A stretch of 46,634 bases of DNA from positions 1-46,634 of the forward strand of contig DAHVOV010000133.1 in the NCBI GenBank assembly GCA_027318645.1. The letters run 5' to 3'. How positions within the stretch are numbered: position 1 is the first letter of the stretch; each line of letters starts with the position of its first letter. The notes below the pieces were generated by a model. It was not told the origin of the DNA, did no database searches, and was given only the letters and a program-made list of their open reading frames with translations. Below are positions 38,277-46,634 of this stretch, in pieces. Source of the DNA: Candidatus Aminicenantes bacterium (GTDB lineage Bacteria; Acidobacteriota; Aminicenantia; UBA2199). A program made the translations under genes and the position numbers.

Positions 38277-38819
38277 ATGGAAAAGCTGCCGCTGCCTCGG
38301 GCATACCTGCTGCTGGAGCCGGGGCCGGTGGTGCTGCTGGCCACCGCCTCCGGCGGCGAACGCAACCTCATGACCCTCTCCTGGCACATGGTCATGGACT
38401 TCACGCCGCGCATCGCCTTCGTCACCGGCGCCTGGAACCACTCCTGGCGGGCGCTGGTGCGCGAGCGCGAATGCGTCATCGCCGTGCCCGGGGTCGACCT
38501 GGCCCGCAAGGTGGTGGCCATCGGCGCCTGCAGCGGCGCCGACACCGACAAGTTCGCCAAGTTCAGGCTGACGCCGCTGCCGGCGGCGCGCGTCAGGGCG
38601 CCGCTGGTCGGCGAGTGCCTGGCCAACATCGAGTGCCGCGTCGTCGACCATGTCCGCCGCCACGACCTCTTCGTCGTCCAGGCGCTGCGCGCCTGGGTCG
38701 AGCCGCGGCGCCGGGAGCAGCGGGCGTTCCACGCCGTCGGCGACGGCCGCTTCGTCGCCGACGGCCGCCGCTTCAGCCTGCGGGAGCTCATGCGCGACAA
38801 GATCCCGCCGGGGGTGTGA
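38277..38819 (+). CDS. Flavin reductase-like family protein
   Basis: LLEPGPVVL, NLMTLSW, CSG...DKF, APLVGEC..NIECRV. Confidence 0.88.
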   Translation: MEKLPLPRAYLLLEPGPVVLLATASGGERNLMTLSWHMVMDFTPRIAFVTGAWNHSWRALVRERECVIAVPGVDLARKVVAIGACSGADTDKFAKFRLTPLPAARVRAPLVGECLANIECRVVDHVRRHDLFVVQALRAWVEPRRREQRAFHAVGDGRFVADGRRFSLRELMRDKIPPGV

Positions 38820-38823
38820 CGCC

Positions 38824-39486
38824 TTGGGCGCGCGGCTCGTTGCGGTCGTTGCCCTGCTGTGGGGAACCTTGTCGTTCGCGGCGGAGCCGGCGCCGCCGTC
38901 GTTCCATTCCCGGCTCGAGAGCGAAGTGCTGGCCGAGATCAACCGCGCCCGCACCGACCCCCGGGGATACGCCGCGAGCCTGCGGCGGCTGCGCGAGTCG
39001 TTCCGCGACCGCTTCTCGTACGTGGACGACGGCCTGAACTACCTCACCCAGGAGGGGGTCGCCGCCGTGGACGAGGCCATCGCCTTCCTGGAGGCGGCCG
39101 CTGCCGCGCCCGCGCTCGCCGGATCGCGGGGGCTGGCGCTATCCGCTCGGGACCTGGTAGTGGACCAGGCGCTGCGCGGCGGCACGGGTCACCTGGCGAG
39201 CGACGGCAGCGACCCTCTGGAGAGGATGAACCGCTATGGCCGGCTGGCTGGGGCCCGCCTGCAACCCCTGGGCGGGGGCGCGGCGGCGGGCGAGGTCATC
39301 GCCTACGGCCGCGACCGGGCGCCGGCCATCGTGGCGATGCTCATCGTCGACGACGGCGTGCCCGGCCGCGGCCACCGCCGGGCGCTCTTCGATCCCCTCT
39401 TCAGCCACGCCGGCGTCGCCTACGGCCCCCATCCGCTGTACGGCTGGGCGTGCGTCGTCGACCTGGCGGGCTCGTTCCGGGAATAG
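38824..39486 (+). CDS. CAP (SCP/PR-1) domain protein
   Basis: EINRARTDP, GH..SDGS, GEVIAYG, LIVDDGVPGRGHR; TTG start uncertain. Confidence 0.82.
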   Translation: MGARLVAVVALLWGTLSFAAEPAPPSFHSRLESEVLAEINRARTDPRGYAASLRRLRESFRDRFSYVDDGLNYLTQEGVAAVDEAIAFLEAAAAAPALAGSRGLALSARDLVVDQALRGGTGHLASDGSDPLERMNRYGRLAGARLQPLGGGAAAGEVIAYGRDRAPAIVAMLIVDDGVPGRGHRRALFDPLFSHAGVAYGPHPLYGWACVVDLAGSFRE

Positions 39487-39572
39487 GAACGCTGATCGCC
39501 GGCCGCCCCGGCTTGCATCCGCGCCGCCGCTGCGGTACAAGGAAGGCGATCCGATGCGGGGAGGAGGGGGGC

Positions 39573-39938
39573 ATGAAGATCTACAGCGGGCTGGACCTGG
39601 CGATCGGCGTGGCGGCGTTCTTCTGGGGAGCGGTGCAGATCGCCCGCGGCGGCACGGGCCTCGGGGCGCTGACCATGGCCATCGGCGTCGCCCTGGCCTG
39701 GATCGGCGTCCGCGGCGGGCGGCTGGCGCTGCTGCTCTTCGGCCACGGCGCGGTCATCGCCGGCTGCTACCTGGCGGCCTGGGGCCTCGCCCTGCCGCCG
39801 CTGGAGCGGCCCGGCGCCGCCGACATCCTCGGCCGGCCGCTCTTCTGGGGGCTGTTCGCCGTCGGCGGCGGCGTGTGCGCCATCTTCCACGCCTTCTGCT
39901 CCTCCGTCAGCGGCCGGCGCGAGCGGCCGCCGGCCTAG
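39573..39938 (+). CDS. Small membrane protein
   Basis: GGAGG RBS; four hydrophobic helices; PLFWGLF...GGVCAIFH.FC. Confidence 0.65.
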   Translation: MKIYSGLDLAIGVAAFFWGAVQIARGGTGLGALTMAIGVALAWIGVRGGRLALLLFGHGAVIAGCYLAAWGLALPPLERPGAADILGRPLFWGLFAVGGGVCAIFHAFCSSVSGRRERPPA

Positions 39939-40447
39939 TCGCGGCTGAAGACGAACAGGCCGATGCCGGCCAGGATGGCGACCACGAAGCCGGCGCCCAT
40001 CATGCCCACCACCCCCGTGCCCTGAACGAAGAAGATGAGGAAGACCCCCAGCGGCAGCAGGCCGGTCAGCTTGCCGATGAGGATGGCGCTGGAGCCGCGC
40101 AGGGCGAACAGGATGACCGCCAGGCTGCCGGCCGGGATGAGGGCGATGAACAGGCGCGCCACGCCGATCCAGGCGACTCCCTGCTGCAGGGTCATGCGCG
40201 CCGTCCCGCGGAACAGGCCCAGCAGCTGCACGGCCGAGACGGAAAAGAACAGGACCGTGAACCAGGGCAGGAACAGGGAGACGAGCAGCAGCATGGCGCA
40301 GATGACGGCCGGCCGCTTCAGCCCCTCGGCGGCGGCGTCGCCGCCGCCGGCATGCTGGATGAAGTAGCGGCCGCAGCTGCGGCATTCGCGGGCATCGGCC
40401 GGGTTCACTTCACGGCAATGGCTGCAGACCTTGACTTCGTTGGCCAT
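39935..40447 (-). CDS. Zinc-ribbon membrane protein
   Basis: CSHC..N......CRSCG followed by TM helices; GGAGG RBS. Confidence 0.7.
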   Translation of the reverse strand: MANEVKVCSHCREVNPADARECRSCGRYFIQHAGGGDAAAEGLKRPAVICAMLLLVSLFLPWFTVLFFSVSAVQLLGLFRGTARMTLQQGVAWIGVARLFIALIPAGSLAVILFALRGSSAILIGKLTGLLPLGVFLIFFVQGTGVVGMMGAGFVVAILAGIGLFVFSRD

Positions 40448-40520
40448 GCGTCACCTCCGCCGGAGCCAAGGGTAGCAGGGCGGAGGGACGATTGCAAGAC
40501 GGAGCGGAAGATCGCCTGCG

Positions 40521-40616
40521 AAGTAAAAAGGTAAAAAGGTAAAAGTAAAAGAGCGAAAGCCCATCACTGAAATACAAATATCGATGGCTGGCTGTTCTAC
40601 TTTTACCTTTTTCCTT
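40521..40616. repeat. AT-rich short tandem repeats forming a long inverted repeat
   Basis: GTAAAA(A)G units; AAAAAGGTAAAAGTA(40533-40547) is the exact reverse complement of 40598-40612. Confidence 0.7.
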
Positions 40617-40656
40617 TATAATGCTTCTTCCGAAATCATTTCCCGAGGTTACTCCC

Positions 40657-41556
40657 ATGTCCGGCATGATCGGCGAGGTCGCGGCCCTGCTCACGGCGTT
40701 CTGCTGGTCGTTCAACTCGGTGGTCTTCACCCTGGCCGGCCGCCGGGTGGGGTCGGTCACCGTCAACGCCCTGCGCCTGTGGATCGCCGTCCCGGCGCTG
40801 CTGCTGGTGCACGGGCTTCTCTTCGGGACGCCGTTCCCCTTCGCCATCGAGCCGGCGCGCCTGCTCTGGCTGGGCGCCTCGGGGGTGGTCGGCTTCGTCG
40901 TCGGCGACGCCATGCTCTTCGAGTCCTTCCTGCTGATCGGCCCGCGCCTGGCCATGCTGTTGGCGCTGCTGGTGCCGGTGTTCGGCGCGGCGCTGGCCTG
41001 GGTGTTCCTGGGCGAGACGCTGCAGCCCCTGGAGATCGCGGCCATCCTGCTGACCATCGGCGGCATTGCCTGGGTGGTGGCCGAGGGGAACGCCGGCGGC
41101 GCTGCGCCCCCGGCGCGGCATTATGGCCGGGGGATATGGCTGGCCATCGGCGGGGCGGTCGGGCAGGCGGTGGGGCTCCTGTTCTCCCGGCAGGGGCTCG
41201 CCGGCGGCTACTCGGCCATCTCCGCCACGCTCGTCCGCGTCAGCGTTGCCGCCGTAGTGCTGGCCCTGGCCGGCTTGGCGCGGGGCACGCTCCGCCGGCA
41301 CTTGGCTGGGCTGAAGGACAGGAAGGCGCTGCTGGAGATCAGCGCCGGGGCGCTGACCGGCCCGGCCCTGGGCGTCATCCTGTCCCTGGTGGCCATCGCC
41401 CATGCCTCGATCGGCGTCGCCTCGACGCTGATGTCGCTCACGCCGGTGCTGCTGCTGCCGGTTTCCCATTTCCTCTTCCGCGAGAGGATCTCCCCGCGCG
41501 CGATCGCCGGCACGATGGCGGCCCTGATGGGCGTCGTGCTGCTGTTCCTTACCTGA
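40657..41556 (+). CDS. DMT/EamA family transporter
   Basis: About 10 TM helices; GEVAALLTAFCW, VNALRL, GDA.LF, IGPRL, FLGE. Confidence 0.9.
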   Translation: MSGMIGEVAALLTAFCWSFNSVVFTLAGRRVGSVTVNALRLWIAVPALLLVHGLLFGTPFPFAIEPARLLWLGASGVVGFVVGDAMLFESFLLIGPRLAMLLALLVPVFGAALAWVFLGETLQPLEIAAILLTIGGIAWVVAEGNAGGAAPPARHYGRGIWLAIGGAVGQAVGLLFSRQGLAGGYSAISATLVRVSVAAVVLALAGLARGTLRRHLAGLKDRKALLEISAGALTGPALGVILSLVAIAHASIGVASTLMSLTPVLLLPVSHFLFRERISPRAIAGTMAALMGVVLLFLT

Positions 41557-41627
41557 GCCCGGCGCCCCCGCGGGAACGGGCGCGCGGCCCGCTCGCCAGG
41601 GCCCGGTTTCCTGGATTTTCCCCCGAT

Positions 41628-41661
41628 AAAAAAACAGGCCGCGACCTCGCGGTCGCGGCCT
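41628..41661 (-). terminator. Rho-independent terminator of HU gene
   Basis: AGGCCGCGACC/GGTCGCGGCCT stem followed by T7 on minus strand. Confidence 0.85.
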
Positions 41662-41689
41662 CGTTGCCAGTCGGGTCGCTTTCCCGGTC

Positions 41690-41971
41690 TTAACCGAGGA
41701 TGGCGTCCTTGCAGGCCTTGGCGACGCGGAACTTCACCACGCGCTTGGCCGGGATCTTGATGGCTTCGCCGGTGGCGGGGTTGCGGCCCATGCGCGCCTT
41801 GCGGTTGACCAGCACGAGCTTGCCCAGGCCGGGGACGGTGAAGCCGTTCTTGGCGTTCTTGTACGCCATGATCGCCAGGGTGTCGATGGCCTCCCCGGCC
41901 TGCTTCTTGGTGATCCCGGTCTTCTCCGCGACTCCGGCCACGATCTGACTCTTGGTCATTGCTTTCGCCAT
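41690..41971 (-). CDS. hup: DNA-binding protein HU
   Basis: MTKSQ, PGLGK, RKARMGRNPATGEAIKIPAK...KF; AAGGAG RBS. Confidence 0.95.
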   Translation of the reverse strand: MAKAMTKSQIVAGVAEKTGITKKQAGEAIDTLAIMAYKNAKNGFTVPGLGKLVLVNRKARMGRNPATGEAIKIPAKRVVKFRVAKACKDAILG

Positions 41972-42034
41972 GCGTTCATCTCCTTTTGTGAATTTGTCGT
42001 GGAAGTTCGAGCCCTCTCCACGATCCTGGCCGGA

Positions 42035-42063
42035 ACTATAAACAAATCCCCAAGGAAAATCAA
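42035..42063 (-). promoter_or_regulatory. sigma70 promoter of HU gene
   Basis: TTGATT-17 nt-TATAGT on minus strand. Confidence 0.7.
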
Positions 42064-42107
42064 GCCCCGTCGCGATTTTTCTGATGCCGGGCGCGGCGGC
42101 CGCTCGA

Positions 42108-42136
42108 TTGACAAGTCGCGGACGCTTGGTGATAAT
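42108..42136 (+). promoter_or_regulatory. sigma70 promoter, divergent from HU
   Basis: TTGACA-17 nt-GATAAT. Confidence 0.7.
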
Positions 42137-42195
42137 CCGCTGCACAAGCCGGGCGTGCGCAAAACGCCCGGACTTTCCCGTGACAGGAGGAATCC

Positions 42196-42906
42196 ATGGC
42201 GGCAATGGTCGATCGCTCCATCCTGGTGCTGCGCTGGCCCTTGTCGAAGCGCCGCCTGGTGCGCACGCTGGCGATCATCTCCTGCGTCCTTTTCCTGGCC
42301 GGGCTGCAGGGCCAGGCCGTCCGCTTCCGCACCGGGGACGGCCATCTCTGGGGCTTCACGCCGAAGTTCGACCTTGATGGCGAGATGAACGTCCCGACCT
42401 GGTACTCTTCCGCCCTCTTCGCCCTGTGCGGGCTCCTGAGCCTGCGCGCGGCCGCGGCCGAAACCGAAGCGGGCCGACGCCGGCGGTGGCGGCTGCTGGG
42501 CTGGAGCTTCTTCGTGTGCTCGGTCGACGAAGTGGCGGCCTGCCATGAAATGCTCGTGGGACCCACACGGGAGCTGCTGCATGCCGGCGGCCTCCTTTAC
42601 TTCGCGTGGGTGGTCCCGCTGTCCCTGCTCGTGTGCGTCCTGGCCGCTTATCTTGCGCCCCTCTTCCTCCGCCTCCCCCCAAGGCTGCGCCGCGACTTCA
42701 TCCTGGCCGCGCTGGTCTTTCTTGCCGGCAGCCTGGGGCTGGAGATGATCGGCGGCGCCTACGTGGAGGTCCACGGCCCCGACCACTTCGCTTACAGCCT
42801 CATCGCCCATTTCGAGGAGCTCCTCGAGTTTTTCGGCCAGGTGTTGTTCATCCGCGCCGCCCTGGAACTGCCGGTCCTGCAAGGACATGCCCGGCCGTCC
42901 GCCTGA
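42196..42906 (+). CDS. Integral membrane protein of unknown function
   Basis: AGGAGG RBS; TM helices with DLDGE.NVPTWYSS, SVDE....HE, LEMIGG, EELLE motifs. Confidence 0.7.
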   Translation: MAAMVDRSILVLRWPLSKRRLVRTLAIISCVLFLAGLQGQAVRFRTGDGHLWGFTPKFDLDGEMNVPTWYSSALFALCGLLSLRAAAAETEAGRRRRWRLLGWSFFVCSVDEVAACHEMLVGPTRELLHAGGLLYFAWVVPLSLLVCVLAAYLAPLFLRLPPRLRRDFILAALVFLAGSLGLEMIGGAYVEVHGPDHFAYSLIAHFEELLEFFGQVLFIRAALELPVLQGHARPSA

Positions 42907-42974
42907 ATGCCGTGCCTGGCGCCTTTTTGCCCCCTTTATGATATAGTCGGATTTTCCTCCGGCTTGGAGTGAAC

Positions 42975-44432
42975 ATGACAAGGCATCTTGCGATCCTGGG
43001 ACTCTTGCTGCTGGCGGCGGCGCCGCTGTTCGCGCAGGAGGAGCGCTACGTGCCGGAGACCGATCCCCTGGTGCTGGCGAAGCTGTCGCGCTGGCAGGAC
43101 GCCAAGTTCGGCCTGCTCATGCACTGGGGGCCGTACAGCCAGTGGGGCGTGGTGGAGTCGTGGTCGATCTGCCCCGAGGACGAGGATTGGTGCCGCCGGG
43201 ACGGCGCCGACTACGCCGCCTACGTCCGGAGATACGAGGCGCTGAAGACCACCTTCGATCCCGTTCTCTTCGACCCGGAGCGCTGGGCGGCCGCCGCCCG
43301 GGACGCCGGCATGAGGTACGTCGTCTTCACCACCAAGCATCACGACGGATTCTGCATGTTCGACAGCCGGCTGACCGACTACAAGGTCACGTCGCCCGGC
43401 TGCCCTTTCCATTCTCGCCCCAAGGCCAACGTCGCCCGGGAGGTGTTCGCCGCCTTCCGCCGGGCCGGCTTCATGATTGGCGCCTATTTCTCCAAGCCCG
43501 ACTGGCACAGCGAATATTACTGGTGGCCGAGTTTCCCGCCGCGCGACCGCAACGTGAACTATGACCCGGCCCTCTACCCGGAGCGCTGGGCGAAGTTCCG
43601 CGAGTTCACCCACGGCCAGGTCATGGAGCTGATGTCCGGCTACGGCCGCATGGACATCCTGTGGCTCGACGGCGGCTGGGTGCGGGCGCGGCTCCCCCAG
43701 GAGCGCGAGGAGGATTACCTGCAGGATGCGCGGCGCTCGGAGTCGGGCTTCCTCAAGCGCGGCTACGTCAGCCAGGACATCGGCATGGAGGAACTGGCGG
43801 CCAAGTGCCGCCGCGAGCAGCCCGGGCTGATCATCGTCGATCGCGCCGTTCCCGGGAAGTTCCAGAATTACCTGACCCCCGAGAACCAGGTGCCGGAACG
43901 GCCGCTGGCCGGGCCGTGGGAATCATGCATCATCTCCGGCGGCGGCTGGTCCTACACGCCGCAGGCGAGGTACATGGACGGACGCCGGGCCGTCCACCTG
44001 CTCGTCGACGTCGTGGCCAAGGGCGGCAACCTGCTGCTCAACATCGCGCCCGGCCCCGACGGCGCCTGGCAGCCGGGGGCCTACGCCCTGCTGCGCGAGT
44101 ACGGGGACTGGTTGAAGGTCAACGGCGAGGCGATCTACGCCACCCGGCCGCAGCCTCCCTACTCGGAAGGAAGCGTGCGCCTGACCCGCGGCCGGGACGG
44201 CAGCGCCTACTTCGTGGTGCTGGCCGGGAGCGATGGCGCCATGCCCCTCGAGGTGGCCGTGCGCGCGCATCGCCCCGTTGCCGGCGCCAGGGTGACCCTG
44301 CTGGGCGCGCGGGGCAGGCTGTCGTGGCGACGCGGCGCCGATGGCTTCACGGTCAAGCTTCCCGAGAGGGCCCGCCGCTCCCCTCCCTGCCGCCATGCCT
44401 GGGTCGTCAAGGTCTCGGCCCTCGAGCGCTAG
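42975..44432 (+). CDS. Alpha-L-fucosidase (GH29), secreted
   Basis: KFGLLMHWG, TTKHHDGF, YFSKPDWH, ILWLDGGW (nucleophile), GGNLLLNIAP, NGEAIY. Confidence 0.93.
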   Translation: MTRHLAILGLLLLAAAPLFAQEERYVPETDPLVLAKLSRWQDAKFGLLMHWGPYSQWGVVESWSICPEDEDWCRRDGADYAAYVRRYEALKTTFDPVLFDPERWAAAARDAGMRYVVFTTKHHDGFCMFDSRLTDYKVTSPGCPFHSRPKANVAREVFAAFRRAGFMIGAYFSKPDWHSEYYWWPSFPPRDRNVNYDPALYPERWAKFREFTHGQVMELMSGYGRMDILWLDGGWVRARLPQEREEDYLQDARRSESGFLKRGYVSQDIGMEELAAKCRREQPGLIIVDRAVPGKFQNYLTPENQVPERPLAGPWESCIISGGGWSYTPQARYMDGRRAVHLLVDVVAKGGNLLLNIAPGPDGAWQPGAYALLREYGDWLKVNGEAIYATRPQPPYSEGSVRLTRGRDGSAYFVVLAGSDGAMPLEVAVRAHRPVAGARVTLLGARGRLSWRRGADGFTVKLPERARRSPPCRHAWVVKVSALER

Positions 44433-44442
44433 GAAGGCCGGG

Positions 44443-46634
44443 ATGCGGGTCGCCCCGCTCCTCCTGCTGCTGGCCGCCGCCGGCTTCCTCGCGCCACCGG
44501 GCCGCGCCGCGGGGCCGGAGTGCCGCTTCCCCTTCCAGGACCCCGACCTGGGCCTGGACGAGCGCGTCGCCGACCTCGTCTCGCGCCTGACGCTGGAGGA
44601 GAAAGTGGCCCAGCTGATGCACACGGCGCCGGCGGTCCCGCGCCTGGGCGTTCCGGAGTACAGCTGGTGGAGCGAGGCGCTGCACGGGGTGGCGCGCTCG
44701 GGAGAGGCGGTCACCGTCTTCCCGCAGGCGATCGCCCTGGCCGCGACCTTCGATGACGACGCGGTCCGGCGGCTCGGCGACATCACCGCCACCGAGGCGC
44801 GGGCCATCTTCAACGAGGACCGCCGCCTGGGGCGGGCGGCGCGCATGTACCGCGGCCTGACCGTCTGGACGCCCAACGTCAACATCTTCCGCGACCCGCG
44901 CTGGGGCCGCGGCCAGGAGACCTACGGCGAGGACCCGTTCCTGACGGCGCGCCTGGGCCTGGCCATGGTCCGCGGCCTGCAGGGCGACGACCCGCGCCGC
45001 CTCAAGCTGGCGGCCTGCGCCAAGCACTTCGCCGTCCACAGCGGCCCCGAGAGCCGGCGCCACCGCATCGACGTGCACACCAGCGACTACGATCTCTGGG
45101 ACACGTACCTGCCGGCCTTCCGCGAGCTGGTGGTCCGCGGCGGCGTCAGCGGGGTCATGTGCGCCTACAACCGCTTCCGCTCCCAGCCCTGCTGCGCCAG
45201 CGACGCCCTGCTGACCGACATCCTCCGCCGCCGCTGGGGGTTCGCCGGCACCGTCACCAGCGACTGCTGGGCGCTGGACGATTTTCTCAAGGAGCACCGG
45301 ACCCATGACAGCGAGCGCGCGGCGGCGCTCGACGCCCTGCGGCACGAGGTCGACCTCGAGTGCGGCGGCTCCTACGGCCTGCCCGCCGCCGAGGCGAAGC
45401 CCGGCGTCCTCGGCGCCCTGCTGGCCGCCGTGCGCGACGGCGTGGTCGAGGAGCGGGCCATCGACCGGGCGCTTTGCCGGCTCTTCTCCGTCCGCTTCCG
45501 GCTGGGGCTCTTCGATCCCCCGGAGCGGGCGCCGTACGCCGGCATCCCGTACTCGGCGCTGAACCGCCCCGAGCACCAGGAGCACGCCCTGCGCCTGGCC
45601 CGGGAGTCGATCGTGCTGCTGAAGAACGACCGCTCGCTCCTGCCGCTGCGGGCGGAGCGGCTCCGCTGCGTCGCCGTCGTCGGGCCGAACGCCGACGACC
45701 GCCGCACGCCGCTGGGGAACTACCACGGCGAGCCGCTGCGGGTGATCACGCCGCTGGCTGCCATCCGCGCCAAGCTGGCAGGGAAGGCCGAGCTTCTCTA
45801 CGCCCGGGGCACGGGCTGGCTCGCCCCCGGGCCCGGCGATGAGCCGTTCGCCCTCCTGGCCGGCCGCCTGCGGCGGGCCGACGTGATCGTCTTCGTCGGC
45901 GGCCTGTCGCCGACCCTGGAGGGGGAGGAGGGCGACGCCGCCGGCGACGACAGCGAGGGCTTCTTCCGCGGCGACCGCACCCGCATCATCCTGCCGCCGG
46001 CGCAGACCCGGCTCCTGCGGCAATTGCAGGGGCTGGGCAAGCCCGTGGTGCTGGCGGTCATGGCGGGCGGCGCCGTCGCCATGGAGTGGGAGGCGTCCCG
46101 CCTCGACGCCATTCTCATGGCCTGGTACGGCGGCCAGGCCGGCGGCCAGGCCCTGGCCGATGTCCTGTTCGGCGATGCCTGCCCGTCCGGCCGCCTGCCG
46201 GTCACCTTCTACCGCCGCGACGGCGACCTGCCGCCGTTCGACGACTACTCCATGGCGAACCGCACCTACCGCTATTTCCGCGGCCGGCCGCTCTACCCCT
46301 TCGGCCACGGCCTGAGCTACACGCGCTTCGCCTATTCCGGCCTGCGCGCGCCGGCTCGTGCGGCGACCGGGGAGGCGATCGCCGTGTCGGCGCTGGTGCG
46401 CAACCGCGGCCGCCGCGCCGGCGACGAGGTCGTGCAGCTCTATGTCCGCCACGTCGCGGCGCCGGCGCCCGCCCCGCGCCTCTCCCTGCGGGGGTTCCAG
46501 CGCGTCCGCCTGGGGCCGGGCGAGCGCCGCCGCGTCGAGTTCCGCCTGGGCCCCGAGAATCTGGCGCGGGTCGACGCCGGCGGCCGCCGCTTCCAGGCGC
46601 CGGGCCTCGTCGAGATCCACGTCGGCGGCGGCCA
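44443..46634 (+). CDS. GH3 beta-glucosidase/beta-xylosidase, truncated at window end; not in ORF track
   Basis: Own translation from ATG44443: LTLEEK, EALHGVA, FPQAI, PNVNIFRDPRWGRGQETYGEDP, KHF, MCAYN, TSDC, SIVLLKN, YPFGHGLSY, EVVQLY. Confidence 0.93.
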   Translation, partial: MRVAPLLLLLAAAGFLAPPGRAAGPECRFPFQDPDLGLDERVADLVSRLTLEEKVAQLMHTAPAVPRLGVPEYSWWSEALHGVARSGEAVTVFPQAIALAATFDDDAVRRLGDITATEARAIFNEDRRLGRAARMYRGLTVWTPNVNIFRDPRWGRGQETYGEDPFLTARLGLAMVRGLQGDDPRRLKLAACAKHFAVHSGPESRRHRIDVHTSDYDLWDTYLPAFRELVVRGGVSGVMCAYNRFRSQPCCASDALLTDILRRRWGFAGTVTSDCWALDDFLKEHRTHDSERAAALDALRHEVDLECGGSYGLPAAEAKPGVLGALLAAVRDGVVEERAIDRALCRLFSVRFRLGLFDPPERAPYAGIPYSALNRPEHQEHALRLARESIVLLKNDRSLLPLRAERLRCVAVVGPNADDRRTPLGNYHGEPLRVITPLAAIRAKLAGKAELLYARGTGWLAPGPGDEPFALLAGRLRRADVIVFVGGLSPTLEGEEGDAAGDDSEGFFRGDRTRIILPPAQTRLLRQLQGLGKPVVLAVMAGGAVAMEWEASRLDAILMAWYGGQAGGQALADVLFGDACPSGRLPVTFYRRDGDLPPFDDYSMANRTYRYFRGRPLYPFGHGLSYTRFAYSGLRAPARAATGEAIAVSALVRNRGRRAGDEVVQLYVRHVAAPAPAPRLSLRGFQRVRLGPGERRRVEFRLGPENLARVDAGGRRFQAPGLVEIHVGGG

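Noticed and set aside
40521-40616. Repeats as a CRISPR array or iterons
   Set aside because: Units are only 6-8 nt with no spacers, and there are no cas or rep genes; no CRISPR, tRNA or rRNA was seen anywhere in the window.
1331-46620. Many long antisense or alternate-frame ORFs (e.g. 1331-3526+, 5404-8139-, 20437-23862-, 21375-24383+, 36134-38800-, 44407-46620-)
   Set aside because: They overlap well-supported genes, lack motifs and RBS, and are the expected shadow ORFs of high-GC coding DNA.

Overview
High-GC bacterial chromosomal segment (canonical sigma70 promoters, Shine-Dalgarno sites, HU, a TolC/RND efflux system and many secreted or outer-membrane proteins point to a diderm; gene content resembles Aminicenantes/Acidobacteriota-type metagenomic genomes, but that is inference). 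About 40 CDS, no rRNA, tRNA or CRISPR seen. It opens with the 3' end of an IS481-like transposase. It then carries thioredoxin+OsmC, a VIT-vWA/vWA pair, a gatE-gatD operon, secreted hypotheticals and hydrolases, a TetR-MFP-RND-TolC operon, a secreted EndoU nuclease with a YacL-like partner, MATE, DUF169, a tricorn protease broken by one in-frame TGA, HU, a GH29 fucosidase and a truncated GH3. Best leads: (1) an intact archaeal-type GatDE Glu-tRNA(Gln) amidotransferase in a bacterium; (2) a stand-alone secreted EndoU RNase paired with a YacL/UPF0231-like gene, a possible barnase/barstar-like toxin-immunity module; (3) seven genes with a -10 box exactly 6 nt before the ATG (leaderless mRNAs); (4) the in-frame UGA in the tricorn linker; (5) an IS end 5 bp upstream of a -35 box. 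All family calls come from motif recognition by eye; no searches were run.
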